From the human T2T-CHM13v2.0 reference genome, Homo sapiens, in NCBI RefSeq assembly GCF_009914755.1, contig NC_060933.1: DNA of 64,000 bases. One strand, written 5' to 3'. The position numbers were made by a program, and so were the translations under genes. Under the pieces are notes generated by a model that was not told the DNA's origin, made no database searches, and was given only the letters and a program-made list of their open reading frames with translations. Numbering within the stretch: position 1 is the first letter of the stretch; each line of letters begins with the position of its first letter. Below are positions 1-25,587 of this stretch, in pieces.

Positions 1-342
1 CTCCAGCCTGGGCAACAAGAGCAAAACTCCGTCTCAAAAAAAAAAAAAAAAAAAAAAATCTGTGGATCCCTGAGCTATCCATTAAGTTTCTTCTCTACTC
101 TTTAAGTATTTCCTAGTAGCGAATTCCCACCTTGTTTTTAAAGAATAGTCTGAAAAGGACAATTTTATTTTAACGCAAGGTTCTTTCAGATACAGTATTG
201 TATTTGTGATCCTCTTTGGAGACTGCATTAATATATTCATGCCACAAGGGTGCACTAAATGACTTTTTATTACATACATCAAGATGTATGTAATACGCCT
301 TGTTCTCTCAGATTATTCAACCTTTGCTTTTTTTTTTTTTGA

Positions 343-663
<321 letters not shown>

Positions 664-914
664 TAATAACAAACCTAATGTCAGCAAAATAAATGTCAAT
701 GGTGACAGTAATGTAACTCTCTACTTTACCTTGCAGATTAGATTTTTAAAATCTTGTTCCATATCTACTACTTTATATGCTGTTGGCCTATAAACCAGTT
801 TTAAAGATTGCCATTACAGCTCACAAAACAGTTTACATGGAATCACATTATTATACTCATACAATATGTATTTATAAGTGGCATTTGTTTGAATGTAACA
901 ACTAATAACAAACA

Positions 915-1160
915 GTAATATTATTTATAGCTACCATTTATCAATCATCTACTAAGCGGCATCATTGTGATGGATGCTCTATATCATGATCTCCATTCCT
1001 CACAATAATTTACAATATAAGTTTTCACTACATTATATAATGAGGAAACTGAGGCTCAGAGATGCTAAGTGACTACTCTAAGGCCACATAAAAACTAAGC
1101 AGCAGAACAGGAATTTGAAGCTGGGCCCATATGGCTACAAAACCCAAGCTCCTTCTAGCA
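915..1160 (-). mobile_element. MIR SINE (degenerate)
   Basis: Contains the MIR core gaggaaactgaggctcagaga...aagtgact...aaggccaca and ggaatttgaagctggg. Boundaries approximate. Confidence 0.7.
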
Positions 1161-1199
1161 CACTGTTGCAATGAAGAATAAGAAAATGCTTTCATCTTA

Positions 1200-1457
<258 letters not shown>

Positions 1458-1724
1458 CTAAACTTTAAACTTCTCTAAATCAGAAATAGAAATTTTCAGT
1501 TTCAAGTCCTTAACCACTATTTAGTACAGTGATTCTTAATCTTTTTTTGCACCTCCACTTATGTGTGACTCTCCCATTGGTATATCCAGAGTTAAGAAAC
1601 TCCAAGGCTGGGAGTGGTGGCTTACGCCTGTAATCCCAGCACTTTGGGAGGCCGAGGTGGGCAGATCACGAGGTCAGGAGATCAAGACCATCCTGGCTAA
1701 CGTGGTGAAACCCCGTCTCTACTA

Positions 1725-1925
<201 letters not shown>

Positions 1926-2686
1926 CTAACTGTAACACCACCCCATCCTCTCACACTCAAGAAAACACACTGGAATGCCATTAAGAAGGAGTGATATAAA
2001 TCAGCTCTTGTTTAAAAGGTGAGGAAATATCAGCTCTTTATTATTAAAAATTACTTGCCATAACTCACAGATGAGCCCAACATAGTAGGTTGTTGCAAAA
2101 TCAGTTGTTGAGAACCACTGATCTAGTTCAACTCCATCACTTTATAGAAAGGGAAACACAGGTCTTGAGAGGGAAAATTACTGCCCCAACATTCCAGATC
2201 ATGTCTCATAAGGAACACAGGCTATTCACTCTCACACTATACACTTCCTAAATACAAGGTATTGTGATTAATGCTGGGCAGGAGAAAGATGAGTAAGATA
2301 AAAACCTGACCTTCAAGCCCTCATTAGTACCTACACACCAGTGCCAACAAAACTGACAACTCCAAATGCCTATCAGATATCTCCTGCTGTATGTCCTATA
2401 AACACCTTAAAGTCAGTGTCCCAAACTGAACTCATTTTCTTTTCGGAAGCTGTTCCTCCTCAATTGTTCTCTGAGTTATGCAATTTCATTCATCCAAATG
2501 CCTTCAAATCCTTGTCTTTTCTGTTCTTCACCCCATATCTCCAAAATGCTGTCAATTCCACCCCCTAAATATCTTTCAAATCTATCTCCTCCTCTTCATC
2601 CATACAAGGACTTCCCCTAGTCCAGTCCCTCATTTTAGGTCTGGACGATCTTAACAGCTGTCAAGTGGTTTGCCTGTCTCCTATAA

Positions 2687-2908
<222 letters not shown>

Positions 2909-3907
2909 TGAACTCCTGGCCTCAAGTGATCCACCCACCTCGGCCTCCCAAAGTGCTGGGATTACAGGCAAGAGCCATTGCGCCCGGCCTCCTACAAACT
3001 TTCAAAGTGATCTTCCTTTCCACCATCTCTTCCCTGCCTAAAATTACCCTTCTCTGTGCCAAAGTGCCAGCCATACCAAACTGCCTCCAGTTCAACTAGT
3101 GAATCTCCGTATATCTATACCTTTATAGATGCCACCTACTTTTTCCTAAAACTTCCTTTCCTCCTTGCTGGTCTTCTACTCATCCTTCAAAACTCCATCT
3201 AAGTGTCATCCTTTCTGGAAAGGCTTCACACAAACCTCAGGTCCTCCTCCCCCACGTTTCTCAGTTGCTGCCTCGCTCTGAGCGTTATGGCCCTCCCATT
3301 CACAGATATACTGTTGCTCAGCTCCACTGCTCGCTCATCCCTCCCTGCCATGCTATACCCTCCATTCAAAAAGTAAAATCAGGGGCAAGGAATAAGAGAT
3401 TTGTTTTATGGAATTTTTTAAAAAGTTTTTACATTTTTGGAGATGGGATCTTGCTATGTTGCCCAAGCTAGAGTGCAGTAGCTATTCACAAGCACGATCA
3501 TAGCTCATTGCAGCCTGGAACTCCTGGGCTCAAGCAACCCCCCCACCTCAGCCTCCTAAGTAGCTGGAACTACAGGCATACACCACTGAGCCAGACTTGG
3601 AACATGTTAAACTTCTCTAAATCAACATAAAATTTCACCTCATGGACTCTGATCTCAATGTTCATGTTTCAGTAAGTGTATCAATATTTAGAACTTGTAA
3701 TCAGGAATCCAGAGACACTTCAGTAAGGATTCCAATTCTAGGGGTGCCATCCTTTAGATGAGGGTAAACTCTGAAATTCACTGGAAATTCCATCAGTAGC
3801 CCTCTGCTGTTGGTACCTCAACACTCTCTTAGGCTAAAATTCTGTGACCATGCAAACGGTCCCATCATTAGGTCCACTCTGAATTTATAATCCCCAGTAA
3901 AAGCTAA

Positions 3908-4199
<292 letters not shown>

Positions 4200-4421
4200 T
4201 AGCCAGACTGGTCTCGAACTCCTGACCTCATGATCCACCCGCCTCGGCCTCCCAAAGTGCTGGGATTACAGGCATGAGCCACCGCACGTGGCCGCACTAT
4301 CTAATCTTTAAAGAGACAAAAATATTCTTCCAAAAATGGTTGTCGTAAGTGTTCTTGTATATAATCCTTCTTCCAGTGATCAAATTTGAGCTGAAAAAAT
4401 TGTTGGTAATATTTAATTTGC

Positions 4422-4600
4422 TGAGGCAAAACAAATCATTCATGGTTTGTCAATTTGTATTTATTTTACAAAGAACAGTAAATGTTCCATCTGGCAGTAC
4501 TAAAATGCTTATTTACCAGGTTACTCAAAGGTTATTCTACCTAAACTGAGAGCAAGCTGGCCATATAAATAAATGGTGAAAAATACAACAATGTTACCTA
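4422..4600. repeat. Left arm (A) of a non-Alu inverted repeat; partner at 7036-7214
   Basis: 4422-4508 equals the reverse complement of 7128-7214 at 86/87 nt; 4520-4566 equals the reverse complement of 7068-7114 at 47/47 nt. Confidence 0.95.
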
Positions 4601-4854
4601 GAAACCTAAAAAACCTTAAAAAGTCAAAGCTTTTTCAAGGAAAGAAGTTAAATCTTAAAAATAAAATTAAGGTAAAATGCCTTTTTAAGGGGAGGTTTTA
4701 AAAAATAATTTTAATTAACTAAATTTTTGATCAGGTAGTATATTCACATGGTTTAAAATTGAAAAGTCACAAGAGGTTAAGTAGCAATAAGTCTTTTCAT
4801 CTGTGTTCCCCAGCTAGCTAGTTCTTTTCCCTGGAAGCAGTTACTGGTTTCCTA

Positions 4855-5163
<309 letters not shown>

Positions 5164-5739
5164 CTATCTAAATATATATATATATGATGTGTATATATAT
5201 GATGTATGTATGTGTATACATACACACATACACAACGTATATTACAAAATTGGTAACATATTCTATAAACTGTTGGGGCAAAGCTTACTTTTTTTTTTTT
5301 TTAAAATACAGTCTCCCTCTGTTGCCCAGGCTAGAGTGCAGTGACATGACCTTGGCTCACTGCAACTTCCACCTCCCCAGTTCAAGAGATTCTTGTGCCT
5401 CAGCCTCCTGAGTAGCTGGGATTACAGGTGCCCGCCACCACACCCACCAAATTTTTTTGTATTTTTAGCAGAGACGGGGTTTCACCATGTTGTCCAGGCC
5501 AGTCTCAAACTCCTGACCTCACATGATCCACCCACCTCGGCCTCCCAACGTGCTAGGATTACAGGCATGAGCCACCGCGCCCAGCCACAAATCTTACTTT
5601 TTAAAATGCTTTTAATTATGACTCAAATGGTAGAATGAGAACATTTAAAGATATTGGAAATATCAAATCTAAAAGTGCAAAATTTTGGAAATTGCTGGCC
5701 ATCAGCTTTTCAAATATACAAAGAGTTATAAGAGCCCTA

Positions 5740-7665
<1,926 letters not shown>

Positions 7666-7993
7666 AATAAAAACAAGCAATCTTTTAAATGAACATTATG
7701 AAGTAGGTGCATTGTCCAGCACAGAGCTCAGAAAGTCAGAAGGTGGGACTGAATACTTGCATCCATTTCACTCTTCAATTCTATAATTGTACCTGAGCCA
7801 CCAAAAGAAAGACAGAAAAACAAATAATAGGTGACAGATGGATGGATGATAGATGTTAGACAGATAGATGATAGTTTTCGGACAAGTTTGCCTTCATCTT
7901 GAACTCACTGGCAATCGCTGAAAAACCCAATTCTTGTTTGTTTTTGTTTTTGAGACAGGGTCTCACTCTGTTGCCCAGGCTGGAGTGCAGTGA

Positions 7994-8275
<282 letters not shown>

Positions 8276-8278
8276 TGA

Positions 8279-8612
<334 letters not shown>

Positions 8613-9625
8613 TAAATGCTGACAAAAGGTGATTAACCCTTTCCAGAAAAATAATGCCCCACTCAACCGTGGAAAGAGTTCTTTGTGAAGAGAATATTTT
8701 TAAGGCTATCAAATAAAAATAATGAACACTTGGGTCAAGCAGTCACTGAACAGAGGAAACAACAGTAAACATTTGCTGAGCGCTTCTGAAGTGCCAAACA
8801 TTGTGCTAATAGGTTTCTTCACATGTATTAACTCATTTCATCCTCACAGCCCTCGTATTAGCCGCGTTTTACAGACAGGAAGCACAGAGAAAATAATTTA
8901 CTTGCCCCAAATCACTGTTTAATAGTTCATCATTGGCCAGGCGCGGTGGCTGACGCCTGTAACCCCAGCACTTTGGGAAGCCGAGATGGGCGGATCACTT
9001 GATGTCTGTTCAAGTCCAGCCTGACCAACATGGTGAAACCCCGTCTCTACTAAAAATACAAAAATTAACCGAGCATGGTGGCAGGCGCCTGTAATCCCAG
9101 CTACTTGGGAGGCTGAGGCAGGAGAATTACTTGAACCCAAGTTCATCATTGAGAGAACCGAAAATCAAACCCTTGTCTGAATGACTTCAGCGCTCAGAAC
9201 ACTGTCCCACACCCAGTGTTTGCCTTGTGTCTGTTCATTCCATAAACATCCATGAGTACAAATCTTCCTCGAAAACATGATAAATCGCCCTTTCATCAGT
9301 GCAATGAGGATGGGACTCAAAGGAATAAGAAGGAAAGAGCTATATAAAGCTGTCTGAAAGTCAGGGCCCCATTCCGACGCTATAATTCGGTTTGGCTTCA
9401 ACTGCGGCGCTCCTACAGTTGGGTTAACGAGTTACCTATACTGCGAAACTGTACCCCACCCCTCCTACCAGAGTAGTAAAAAATACGTTCTTGTGTTCTA
9501 ACAATTTTACAAGCGTAAAACTGGGGGGAGGGGCCGGGCGCGGTGGCTCACGCCTGTAATCCCAGCACTTTGGGAGGCCGAGGTGGGCGGATCACGAGGT
9601 CAGGAGATCGAGACCATCCTGGCTA

Positions 9626-9913
<288 letters not shown>

Positions 9914-9949
9914 TCAGAGCAGGGAGGGGACCTTTTAGCCCAGCCTTTT

Positions 9950-11070
9950 CACGCCAGGACAGCTCGCCTGCCAGGCAGTTCTCCACCCTCTCTCGCCCCG
10001 CCCCGCTCCTAACGGGACAGTCAGCATCCCCCCTGATTGGACAGCACTGTTCCAGGGGACAAGTCAACCTGGGCCTCCCTCTACATCCCCTCCCCTGCTC
10101 ATCAGGGCCCACCCCGAGCCACACGGCGGAGCCCTGAATTGGGCCAAAGAGGTGCCCTATGGTGAGGCCTGCAGGACATTGGGCGAGAGCCGGGTCCAGT
10201 GTGGGCCTCGGGGCGCGGTGGGGTGGAAAGCGGCCGGGGAGGGGAGGCCTGGGGCAGGAGGCCGGGGGAGGCGGCCCTGGGGGTGGGCAGGATGCTCTCC
10301 CGGAGTCCCACGCCGCCGCGCGGCTCTCACCAGACGCCGTCAGAGGCTCCCTCCCACGCCGCCACCGCGCTCCTCGGGCGAGGGACGAACCAAGCGCCAC
10401 GAAGCAGGCAGAGCGCGAGCCTGCCCCTCGGTTTCCGCGCTCGGGCGCGCGGGTAGACGACTCGTCGCTCGACCTTGTCCCCACTCCTCGCTCGCCCAGC
10501 CACGCCCACCCGGAGTGCCGAATCCGCGATCGCGCCCTGACGCCACCCGAGAGAGCTCGCGTGATTGGCTGCTCCCGTCCCCGTCCCCCACCTTCCCGGC
10601 GGTATTTTGAGGCGCAGGCAGGGTGCTGACCAGCGGACCATCTTCCATGGCCTCTGCCGCGCTGGAGCTGCTGCGGGGCTGTCCTGCCAGCTTGTGCTCC
10701 CGCCCCGAAGCGTCCTCCTCCACTGGCGACACACGCACTGAAGCCCGAGTCTTCCCGCTGGGTAGTTGTTTTGGTCTTGCACCCAAGGAGGGATTTCTTG
10801 CGCCTCTTGTTCCCTCAGTTATTTCATAAACCAGGACCGCAACTATACTGTCGTGTAGCGCGGCCACCCCACAGCGGTCCCTGACGTTAACCCTTGCCGT
10901 GACTGCTAGAAGACACTGGTGGAGTGTGAATTGATGACCAAGGCATGGCAGAGCCTCTCTCATCTTTATAATCAGTTCAGCGGCGGCCTCCACTACAGGG
11001 AACTCCCAGCCAGTCCCGAGGCCTAGGGACATCCAGGGAGAAACGTGGCGGTGGTAAAGGGCTTGCGCAG
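9950..11070. promoter_or_regulatory. CpG island / main GNE promoter
   Basis: The only long GC- and CpG-rich non-Alu stretch. It has a GC box (ccacgcccac, 10500-10509), a CRE-like tgacgcca (10538-10545) and ATTGG/CCAAT boxes (about 10564-10568 and 10036-10040). Confidence 0.9.
10331..10555 (-). other. GNE: GNE non-coding first exon (hGNE1 5' UTR); 5' end approximate
   Basis: Donor GTCTG|GTGAGA at 10331/10330 inside the CpG island. The sequence resembles my recollection of the GNE mRNA 5' UTR. The TSS cannot be fixed from sequence. Confidence 0.85.
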
Positions 11071-11550
11071 CTCCTGAAGATAAATAAGACTTTGGGTTGC
11101 TGTTGTTTTTGAGACAAGGGTCTCACTATGTTGTCCAGGCAGCACTCGAGCTCCTGGCCTCAAGCCATCTTTTCTGGCTTCAGCCTTCTGAGTAGCTGGG
11201 ACTACAGGACCATGCCACCGAATCAGGCTTTAAGACTTTTTAATGACCCTTTCAAATTTCTGAGTCACTCCCAGCATTTTAGGAAGCCAAGTGAGAAGGC
11301 TAGCTTGAGGCCAGGAGTTCGAGACCAACCTGGGCAACAGATTCCTGAGTCACCATTGACAAGAAACTTTGAATGAAGTTGATGATACAAAATATTAACA
11401 TCTTTTTTTTTTTACAACCATTAAAAATTTACCACAGGTGAAACTAAGTCTAACAGTTCATTGAGATTTCTTGCTGTACAGCAAATTTCAAATCTCATCA
11501 AACTGCAGTTTGTGATGCATTTCAATTAATAATGAAGCTCTAATTTGTAA

Positions 11551-11904
<354 letters not shown>

Positions 11905-12531
11905 TAGGTGATCCGCCCACTTTGGCCTCCCAAAGTGCTAGGATTACAGACATGAGCCACCACACCAGGCCCAGATTTCTTTTTTAAATCACACTGGCTG
12001 CTCTGTGGAGAATGGATTGGTAGCAGTGAAACTCAACTGAAGTGGATGGATATGATGTTTATTTTGGAAGTAAAATTGATGAGACTTAATTATAGGTTAG
12101 ATATAAGGGGATGACAGGGAAAAAGACTCAAGAATGACCTCCGGGCCAGGTGTGGTGGCTCACACCTGCAGTCCCAGCACTTTGGAAGGCAGAGGTGGGA
12201 GGATCGCTTGTGCTCAGGAGTTCCAGGCAACAGTGAGCTCGATCAAACCACTGCACTCCAGCCTGGGTGCTGGATCGAGACCTCATCTCTTAAAAAAAAA
12301 AAAAAAAAGAAAGAAAGAAAGAAATGACTTCCAGGTTTCTGCCATTAGGAATTGGGTGGTTGGTTGTGTGCTAAGATGAGAAAGGCTGGGAGAGTGACCT
12401 GGTTTGGGAAGAAAAAAGTAAAGTTTTAATTTAGGGCATGTTATGATTGAGATGCCTGTGAGCCACATGAAGCTATTAAATGTGCAGTGAGATATATGAA
12501 TCTGAAGACAGACTCACCAGACTATAAATGG

Positions 12532-13621
<1,090 letters not shown>

Positions 13622-13719
13622 AGAGGTATTGAAAGTCACTTGAAGTCAGGTCAGGCGTGGTGGCTCAAGCTTGTAATCCCAGCACTTTGGGAGGCCGAGG
13701 CGGGTGGATCACGAGGTCA

Positions 13720-14105
<386 letters not shown>

Positions 14106-15134
14106 TTAGTTTGTAAAAACTCAAATTATATACGTAATATATATGTACCTTTTATGTGTATTTTACTGTAATGTGTTTTAAAAATAATGCTTAATATAGC
14201 TAGAAAAATATAACTATAAATATAAATACCTTTAACGGTAGGGAATACATTTTGAGAATTGTATGCACTTTCTAAGCCACCTGCAAGTTTTGTGTTTGAC
14301 CAACACTGAGAATTTTATATTTCCATAATCATTTAACCTTAAATGAAATAATCTTTTTAGAATTTTCTTCTCTGCTTTCTTGAGATCAAATTGCAGCAAG
14401 GACCCTTAGGAGGCATTTTCTCTTGGCTTTTTGAGATCACTTTCCTATGGGTAAATAATATTACATTTCTGGATTTCTGTTACTTTACTGTTTAACATTG
14501 TGAATTGACATACCAAAAATCGTCACTAGTTAAGTTTGGTTTGTATGATTTGGTTTCATTTGACTTTAGTCTGAGAACTCTACAAGTTGCAAAAAAATTA
14601 CTTATGGCTTTGTAGTATAATAAAATCAGATTTTTCTAGAGATTACTCCATAAGCATAAATATAACTTCAAGCATTCAGGGCATAACTAGGCTATCAATG
14701 ACTCCTAGGCTTTAAGAGATCCTCTAATCTAACCTTCTCATCAGAGTGGGAGACCTTCCTACAGCACCCCTGACAGATGCTTATCTGGCCACTTTGGGAA
14801 CATTTCTTGTAACAGACTTGTCTTATTTTATTTGGTGATTTAATTATTTTAAAGTACTCTGCCTCTCTGTAAATTCTACCCGTGTATTTCGTAGCCTAAA
14901 CATTTCTAAACTAAAATAGCCTAAACTATTCTAAACATTGTATCTATATTCATCAGTACTCATAACAACATTAAGATGTAAATTCTGTATATACCCCCTA
15001 CTTTACAGACAAAAAGACCAAAATACAGAAGGCGAAGTTGCCTGAGGTTGCACAGCTGTTAAACAGAAGAGCCCAGCCCTTGATCCCACTTGCTTAGCTA
15101 CTACCACCCAGTGTTTCCTCTCTATACTAACTAG

Positions 15135-15511
<377 letters not shown>

Positions 15512-16065
15512 TAAGAGTTCACATAACTCTTCTATTATCCAGCCCACATCTCTCTGAATGGCTCACATCAAGGTCTTAAGAGATTTTAAAAGACATCTTC
15601 TTTAAAATCAAGGTCTAATCTCTATGGCATTCTCCTGATGTATTAGTTTAGTGAGGCTTTCAAAAAAGAAAAGGACATTATTTGGCACAAATTTTTCCTA
15701 AAGTTTTTATTGAAGTGTTAATAAATACCTAAGCAGCACAGTTGAATTTCAAATTTTCATAAAGTAAAAACCGTCACTAAATGAAAGAGAGAAAATATCA
15801 CCTGTGCCCATAGGCTGCCTCCTCAAGAGCTGCCTATTCATGACCCATGAAAAAACCTGGCACCAAGCCTGTGGCTAGCTAATAGTGACAATGGTAATTA
15901 GCTAATGTGCATGTTAAAGTAGCTCTCTGAAACATCTGGACTGGGGAATACGGAGAGGACTGGCCAGTTGGAAATGAAAGGAAAATGGGGCACCTTAAAA
16001 ACATAGTCACAGATAGCTGTGAGAGGTAGCACAGGGAGGCCATAGGGAGAGAATCCAGGCCCTGA

Positions 16066-16371
<306 letters not shown>

Positions 16372-16633
16372 TGAGCTCAGGCAATCCGCCTGCCTTGGCC
16401 TACCAAAATGCTAGGATTACAGGCATGAGCCACCGTGCCTGGCCTAAATCCTCTTTTTAAAAAAGATGCCCTGTTCCTTGCATTCAGAAGATACTAACAG
16501 TAAAACTGTGAGCCAGGGAGAATCCCCAACCTTATTTCGATCCCCACTTCCAACCGATTGATGGTGGCTGCCTGGAGAACTGTGTCAAAAATGACTCTGG
16601 GGCTAGAGTTTACTGGAAAAGAGTATGTACTGT

Positions 16634-17402
<769 letters not shown>

Positions 17403-17647
17403 TTGTGATGTCTGCCATGTTGTTTTCTAGGGAGATGGAAGGGAGTCAAGGATGTTGCCATGTATGTGCCATCTCTGCCCTAAGCCAATATCATGAAGAA
17501 ATCAACAAGAGGTGGAATAAACTGAGCAATTCATCACCATATTAAGCTGGATATTCCTGTTTAGTAAATATCTTTCCCTAGCTGGTAAGTATCTCACCCC
17601 ATACTGTATCTCAGCCACAACACTTTTAATTACCAGAGTCTCTAGGG

Positions 17648-18312
<665 letters not shown>

Positions 18313-18731
18313 CTCTAGAGTATACAGAGGTAAAACACACCTTACAAACCAGATATCACTGCATACGCCAGATTGTTTATAGCCTCCCCAGAAAAGAAAA
18401 TTGCTCCTGTTGCAGAATAGCCTTATGAGGCTACACTACATGGGGAAAGCAATTCTTTTCTCCCAGGAAAAGCATGTAAGGATTAAGATTATATTGGCTG
18501 AGGCCAGGAGTAGTGGCTCATGCCTGTAATCCCAGCAGTTTGGGAGGCCGAGGCAGGTGGATCACCTGAGGTCAGGACTTTGAGACCAGCCTGGTCAACA
18601 CGGTGAAATCCCGTCTCTACTAAAAATACAAAAATTAGGCTGGGTGCGGTGGCTCACGCCTGTAATCCCAGCACTTTGGGAGGCCGAGGCAGGCGGATCA
18701 CAAGGTCAGGAGATCGAGACCATCCTGGCTA

Positions 18732-19086
<355 letters not shown>

Positions 19087-19792
19087 TTATATTGGCTGAA
19101 AATAATTCAGCAATATCCTAAACTGTATCAGCTTAAGCTTTGCAAGAGCATAACATTGAAAGATACTTACAAATGTACTGATTAAGATACTTATAACTGG
19201 AAGATAATCTTTTTGAAATTTATATTTCAGGACCATTTAATCACTATTTGTAGCCCCAATTACGAATCAGTTTATCATGCCGACCAGTCAGCTTTTTAGA
19301 GCACCTGTGGTGGTGAGCCATCCCTATGCTCCTTTGCCAATCATAGAAGAAAGGTACAAATTAACATAATGACTTTGTTTTTGTGAAATATTGCCTTTTC
19401 TCAGGATTTTAAAATATATTTTTTGGCTGAGTGCGGTGGCTCATGCCTGTAATCCCAACACTTTGGGAGGCCGAGGCAGGTGGATCACCTGAGGTCAGGA
19501 GTTTGAGACCAGCCTGGCCAACATGGTGAAACCCCATCTCTACTAAAATACGAAAATTAGTCAGGCGTGGTGGCAGGTGCCTGTAATCCTAGCTACTCGG
19601 GAAGCTTATGCATGAGAATCGCTTGAATGCAGGAGGCAGAGGTTGCAGTGAGCTGAGATCACACCACTGCACTCCAGCCTGGGTGACAGAGTGAGACTGT
19701 CTCAAACAAACAAACAAACAAACAAAATATATATATATATGAACATTACATATATATATTTTTCTTTATGGGCTATGAAAGTATCATACTGT

Positions 19793-19859
19793 AGCTTTGT
19801 GCAGTGGCAGTATCGTAGCCAATGAGGTTTATCCAAGGTGCGATTATTGCTAATTGAAA
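19793..19859 (+). pseudogene. 3'-truncated U4 snRNA retropseudogene (about nt 1-67)
   Basis: agctttgtgcagtggcagtatcgtagccaatgaggtttatccaaggtgcgattattgctaattgaaa matches the U4 5' end with 3 CpG-type transitions. It has a 16-bp TSD gaaagtatcatactgt (19777-19792 / 19856-19871), no Sm site and no poly(A). Possibly the annotated RNU4-53P (from memory, unverified). Confidence 0.95.
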
Positions 19860-19925
19860 GTATCATACTGTAAACCAGGCTGAGTGCAGTGGCTCATGCC
19901 TGTCTTCCCAACACTTTTGTGATCA

Positions 19926-20228
<303 letters not shown>

Positions 20229-20511
20229 TCAGTCATCCCTGACTAATAGAAATTCAGAAAGTTAAATTGGCACAGCCATTCCAGAAGAACTGGAAATGTG
20301 TTAAAAACTAGTTTGCCTTTAACTTTGACTCTCTTATAAAATGTTGGATCAACACAATTATGCTCTAAACTTCTCATTAAAAGTTATGTGGGAAGCTGGG
20401 TGTGGTGGTTCATACCTATAATCCTAGCACTTTAGGAGGCTGAGTCGGGTGGATTGCTTTAGCCCAGGAGTTCAAGACCAGCATGGGCAATATGGTGAAA
20501 CCCAATGTCTA

Positions 20512-20676
<165 letters not shown>

Positions 20677-20742
20677 TCAAAAACAAACAAAGGTATGTGG
20701 GAAGTATGTTCTTCTGGACTTTAAAGGAACTAGCTAAGATCA

Positions 20743-21177
<435 letters not shown>

Positions 21178-21585
21178 TCAACCTCTCTCTCTCCTCATGT
21201 TTTTCATGCCCCTACTCTGGAATGAATATAATTCTACCTTTCAAATTATTTGTTTTTTGTCCCTACTCCTCCTCTTGCCCCTTAACATGAACACTCTCTT
21301 ATGATTAGCTCCTGCCCCTGCCCCTCTGCGTACTCATTCTTTCAGAAATTGGCTCACTCTCAAGCCTTCCATTATCACTTCCATGTAGGTAATTCCTAGG
21401 ATACATACTCCAGCCTGGCCTTTCTTCCCAGCTTGAGGCCCCTATGTTCAATTGCCTACTAGATAGTTCCTCACTTCAAACTCAATATATGAAAGTTCAT
21501 TTTATCCTGTTGACTTTGCTATTTCTTTTAATGGTACTAACTTGACACTTTCATTCAGACTCAAAATCATGGAGTCATATTTTAA

Positions 21586-21987
<402 letters not shown>

Positions 21988-22138
21988 TAGAGACAGGGTC
22001 TTGCTCTCTAGCCCAGCTTGTAGTGCAGTGGTATGGTTGTGGCTCACTGCAGCCTCAAAATCCTGGGCTCAAGCGATCCTGTGACCCCAGCATCCCAAGT
22101 AGCTGGGACTTAAAGCACATGCCACCATGCCTAGCTAA

Positions 22139-22273
<135 letters not shown>

Positions 22274-22455
22274 TAGTTCAGATCTTATCATCTTATTTCC
22301 TTAATTCTGAGATGCTTTTTTTAAATGATTTTATATACCTAAAATCAATATTTATAATCAATGTAAATATTTAATGTAGAGTTTTTTATTATACAAACTA
22401 TTATATCAATAGTGTTTTAGAATCAAGAAAATCGGGCATCAAAGCCCACTATTAA

Positions 22456-22826
<371 letters not shown>

Positions 22827-23347
22827 TGACAGGAGGATTTCTTGAGCCCAGGAGTTTGAGTCCAGCCTGGGCAACATTGTAAGGCCCCATCTCTTAATAA
22901 TAAAATAAATAAGTGGAATTAACAAAGACCTGGATTACTCTATTTCTTCTTGTCCTTCCTGCCTGCATTCCCTCGCTCCTTTCATCTATCTTGCACATTA
23001 TTGCCTGATTAAATCTTCTTAAAAGGCTGCTTTCATCTCGTTAAGACTTTAAGAAAAACTTCAGTGGTCCCCCATTCCCTGCTAGATAAAGTATGCCTAG
23101 GGGAACAAGTTTGTCATTTAAGGTCCTCCACAATTTAAGGGTCCTGACCTTTTGCTGATCTTACCAACATTATTCCCCTCCCGGATCCTTCTGCCCCAAA
23201 GAGTTCTTTCTCTACCTTTGTATCATTCCTCAAAGTTAGAAGGCTCTTCCTTGTCTGCTGCTTACACCCAATCAGGTTTCAAACGCCATCTCTATTGTGA
23301 AACCTAATATGAACACCCTATCCCAAAATAATCTGTTCCTTCTCTGA

Positions 23348-23596
<249 letters not shown>

Positions 23597-24443
23597 TAGT
23601 CTCGAACTCCTGACCTCAGGTGATCTGCCTGCCTCGGCCTCCCAAAGTGCTGGGATTACAGGCGTGAGCCACCATGCCTGACCTCAAACTTATTATTAGT
23701 TATACTTATGATGAATTACCTGGTATCTTTGAATGTATATGTTTGTGACTGTAATATTAGACATCTGATGTATTATAAGGAACCCGAGAAAAATCAGTCA
23801 TATTAGTCACCTCACTATATATGACCTACGTTTTTAAAATCAGATCATAAATTCCTTGAAGTTAGCCCTGTTTGGTATGCTTGTCTCCCTCATAGTTCCT
23901 TGAATCATACCTTAGGTGAGAAACACAGTCAATAAACATTCAGTCAAAGGAGGATCACATCTTCTACCAAAGATTCCTAGCCATCCTTGTTCTTTTCTCT
24001 CTGGCTAGGCCAAATTGCTTCTACTCAACTGCCTGCACCGGTCATCCTCCACCATCTAGGCTCACGATCGTAGTAACACAACACTCTTGCTCAATCTTTA
24101 TAATAAGTCAAGCATAAAACAGCATGGTGAATTTAAAAACAAGGTGGGAAATTTGGCGGTCTTATGAGATAGATGTGTGGAGGCAGAAAGTAACTGGGAG
24201 ATGCAGACAAGATGTGAGCAAGGTCAGTTCAGCAAGGGCCTTGCATGATGTTATGCTAAGGAGGTTAGACTTTCCCTCACTATAATCGGGAGAGTTTTTA
24301 ATTAGGGAAATGGCATGATCAGATTTGCTTAATTAGAGCTACAGAAGATGGCTGGGTGTGGTGGCTCAAGCCTGTAATCCCAGCACTTTGGGAGGCCGAG
24401 GCAGGTGGATCACAAGTTCAGGAGATCGAGACCATCCTGGCTA

Positions 24444-24914
<471 letters not shown>

Positions 24915-24917
24915 CTA

Positions 24918-25061
<144 letters not shown>

Positions 25062-25230
25062 TTAGAGAAGCAGGTTTGGAGATGGGCTGGAGTAGGTGAG
25101 AAGATAATGAGCTTTAATTTTGGATATGTTGAATTTGTAGCACCTACAGAACATTTCCATGAGATTGAGGATCTGGAGGAAGATATACATTGGAGACACA
25201 AATTTGTGCTAGACATTATGCACTCCATAA

Positions 25231-25587
<357 letters not shown>

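Noticed and set aside
19793-19859. U4 copy as a functional snRNA gene
   Set aside because: It lacks the 3' half including the Sm site, has no evident snRNA promoter, and is flanked by TSDs.
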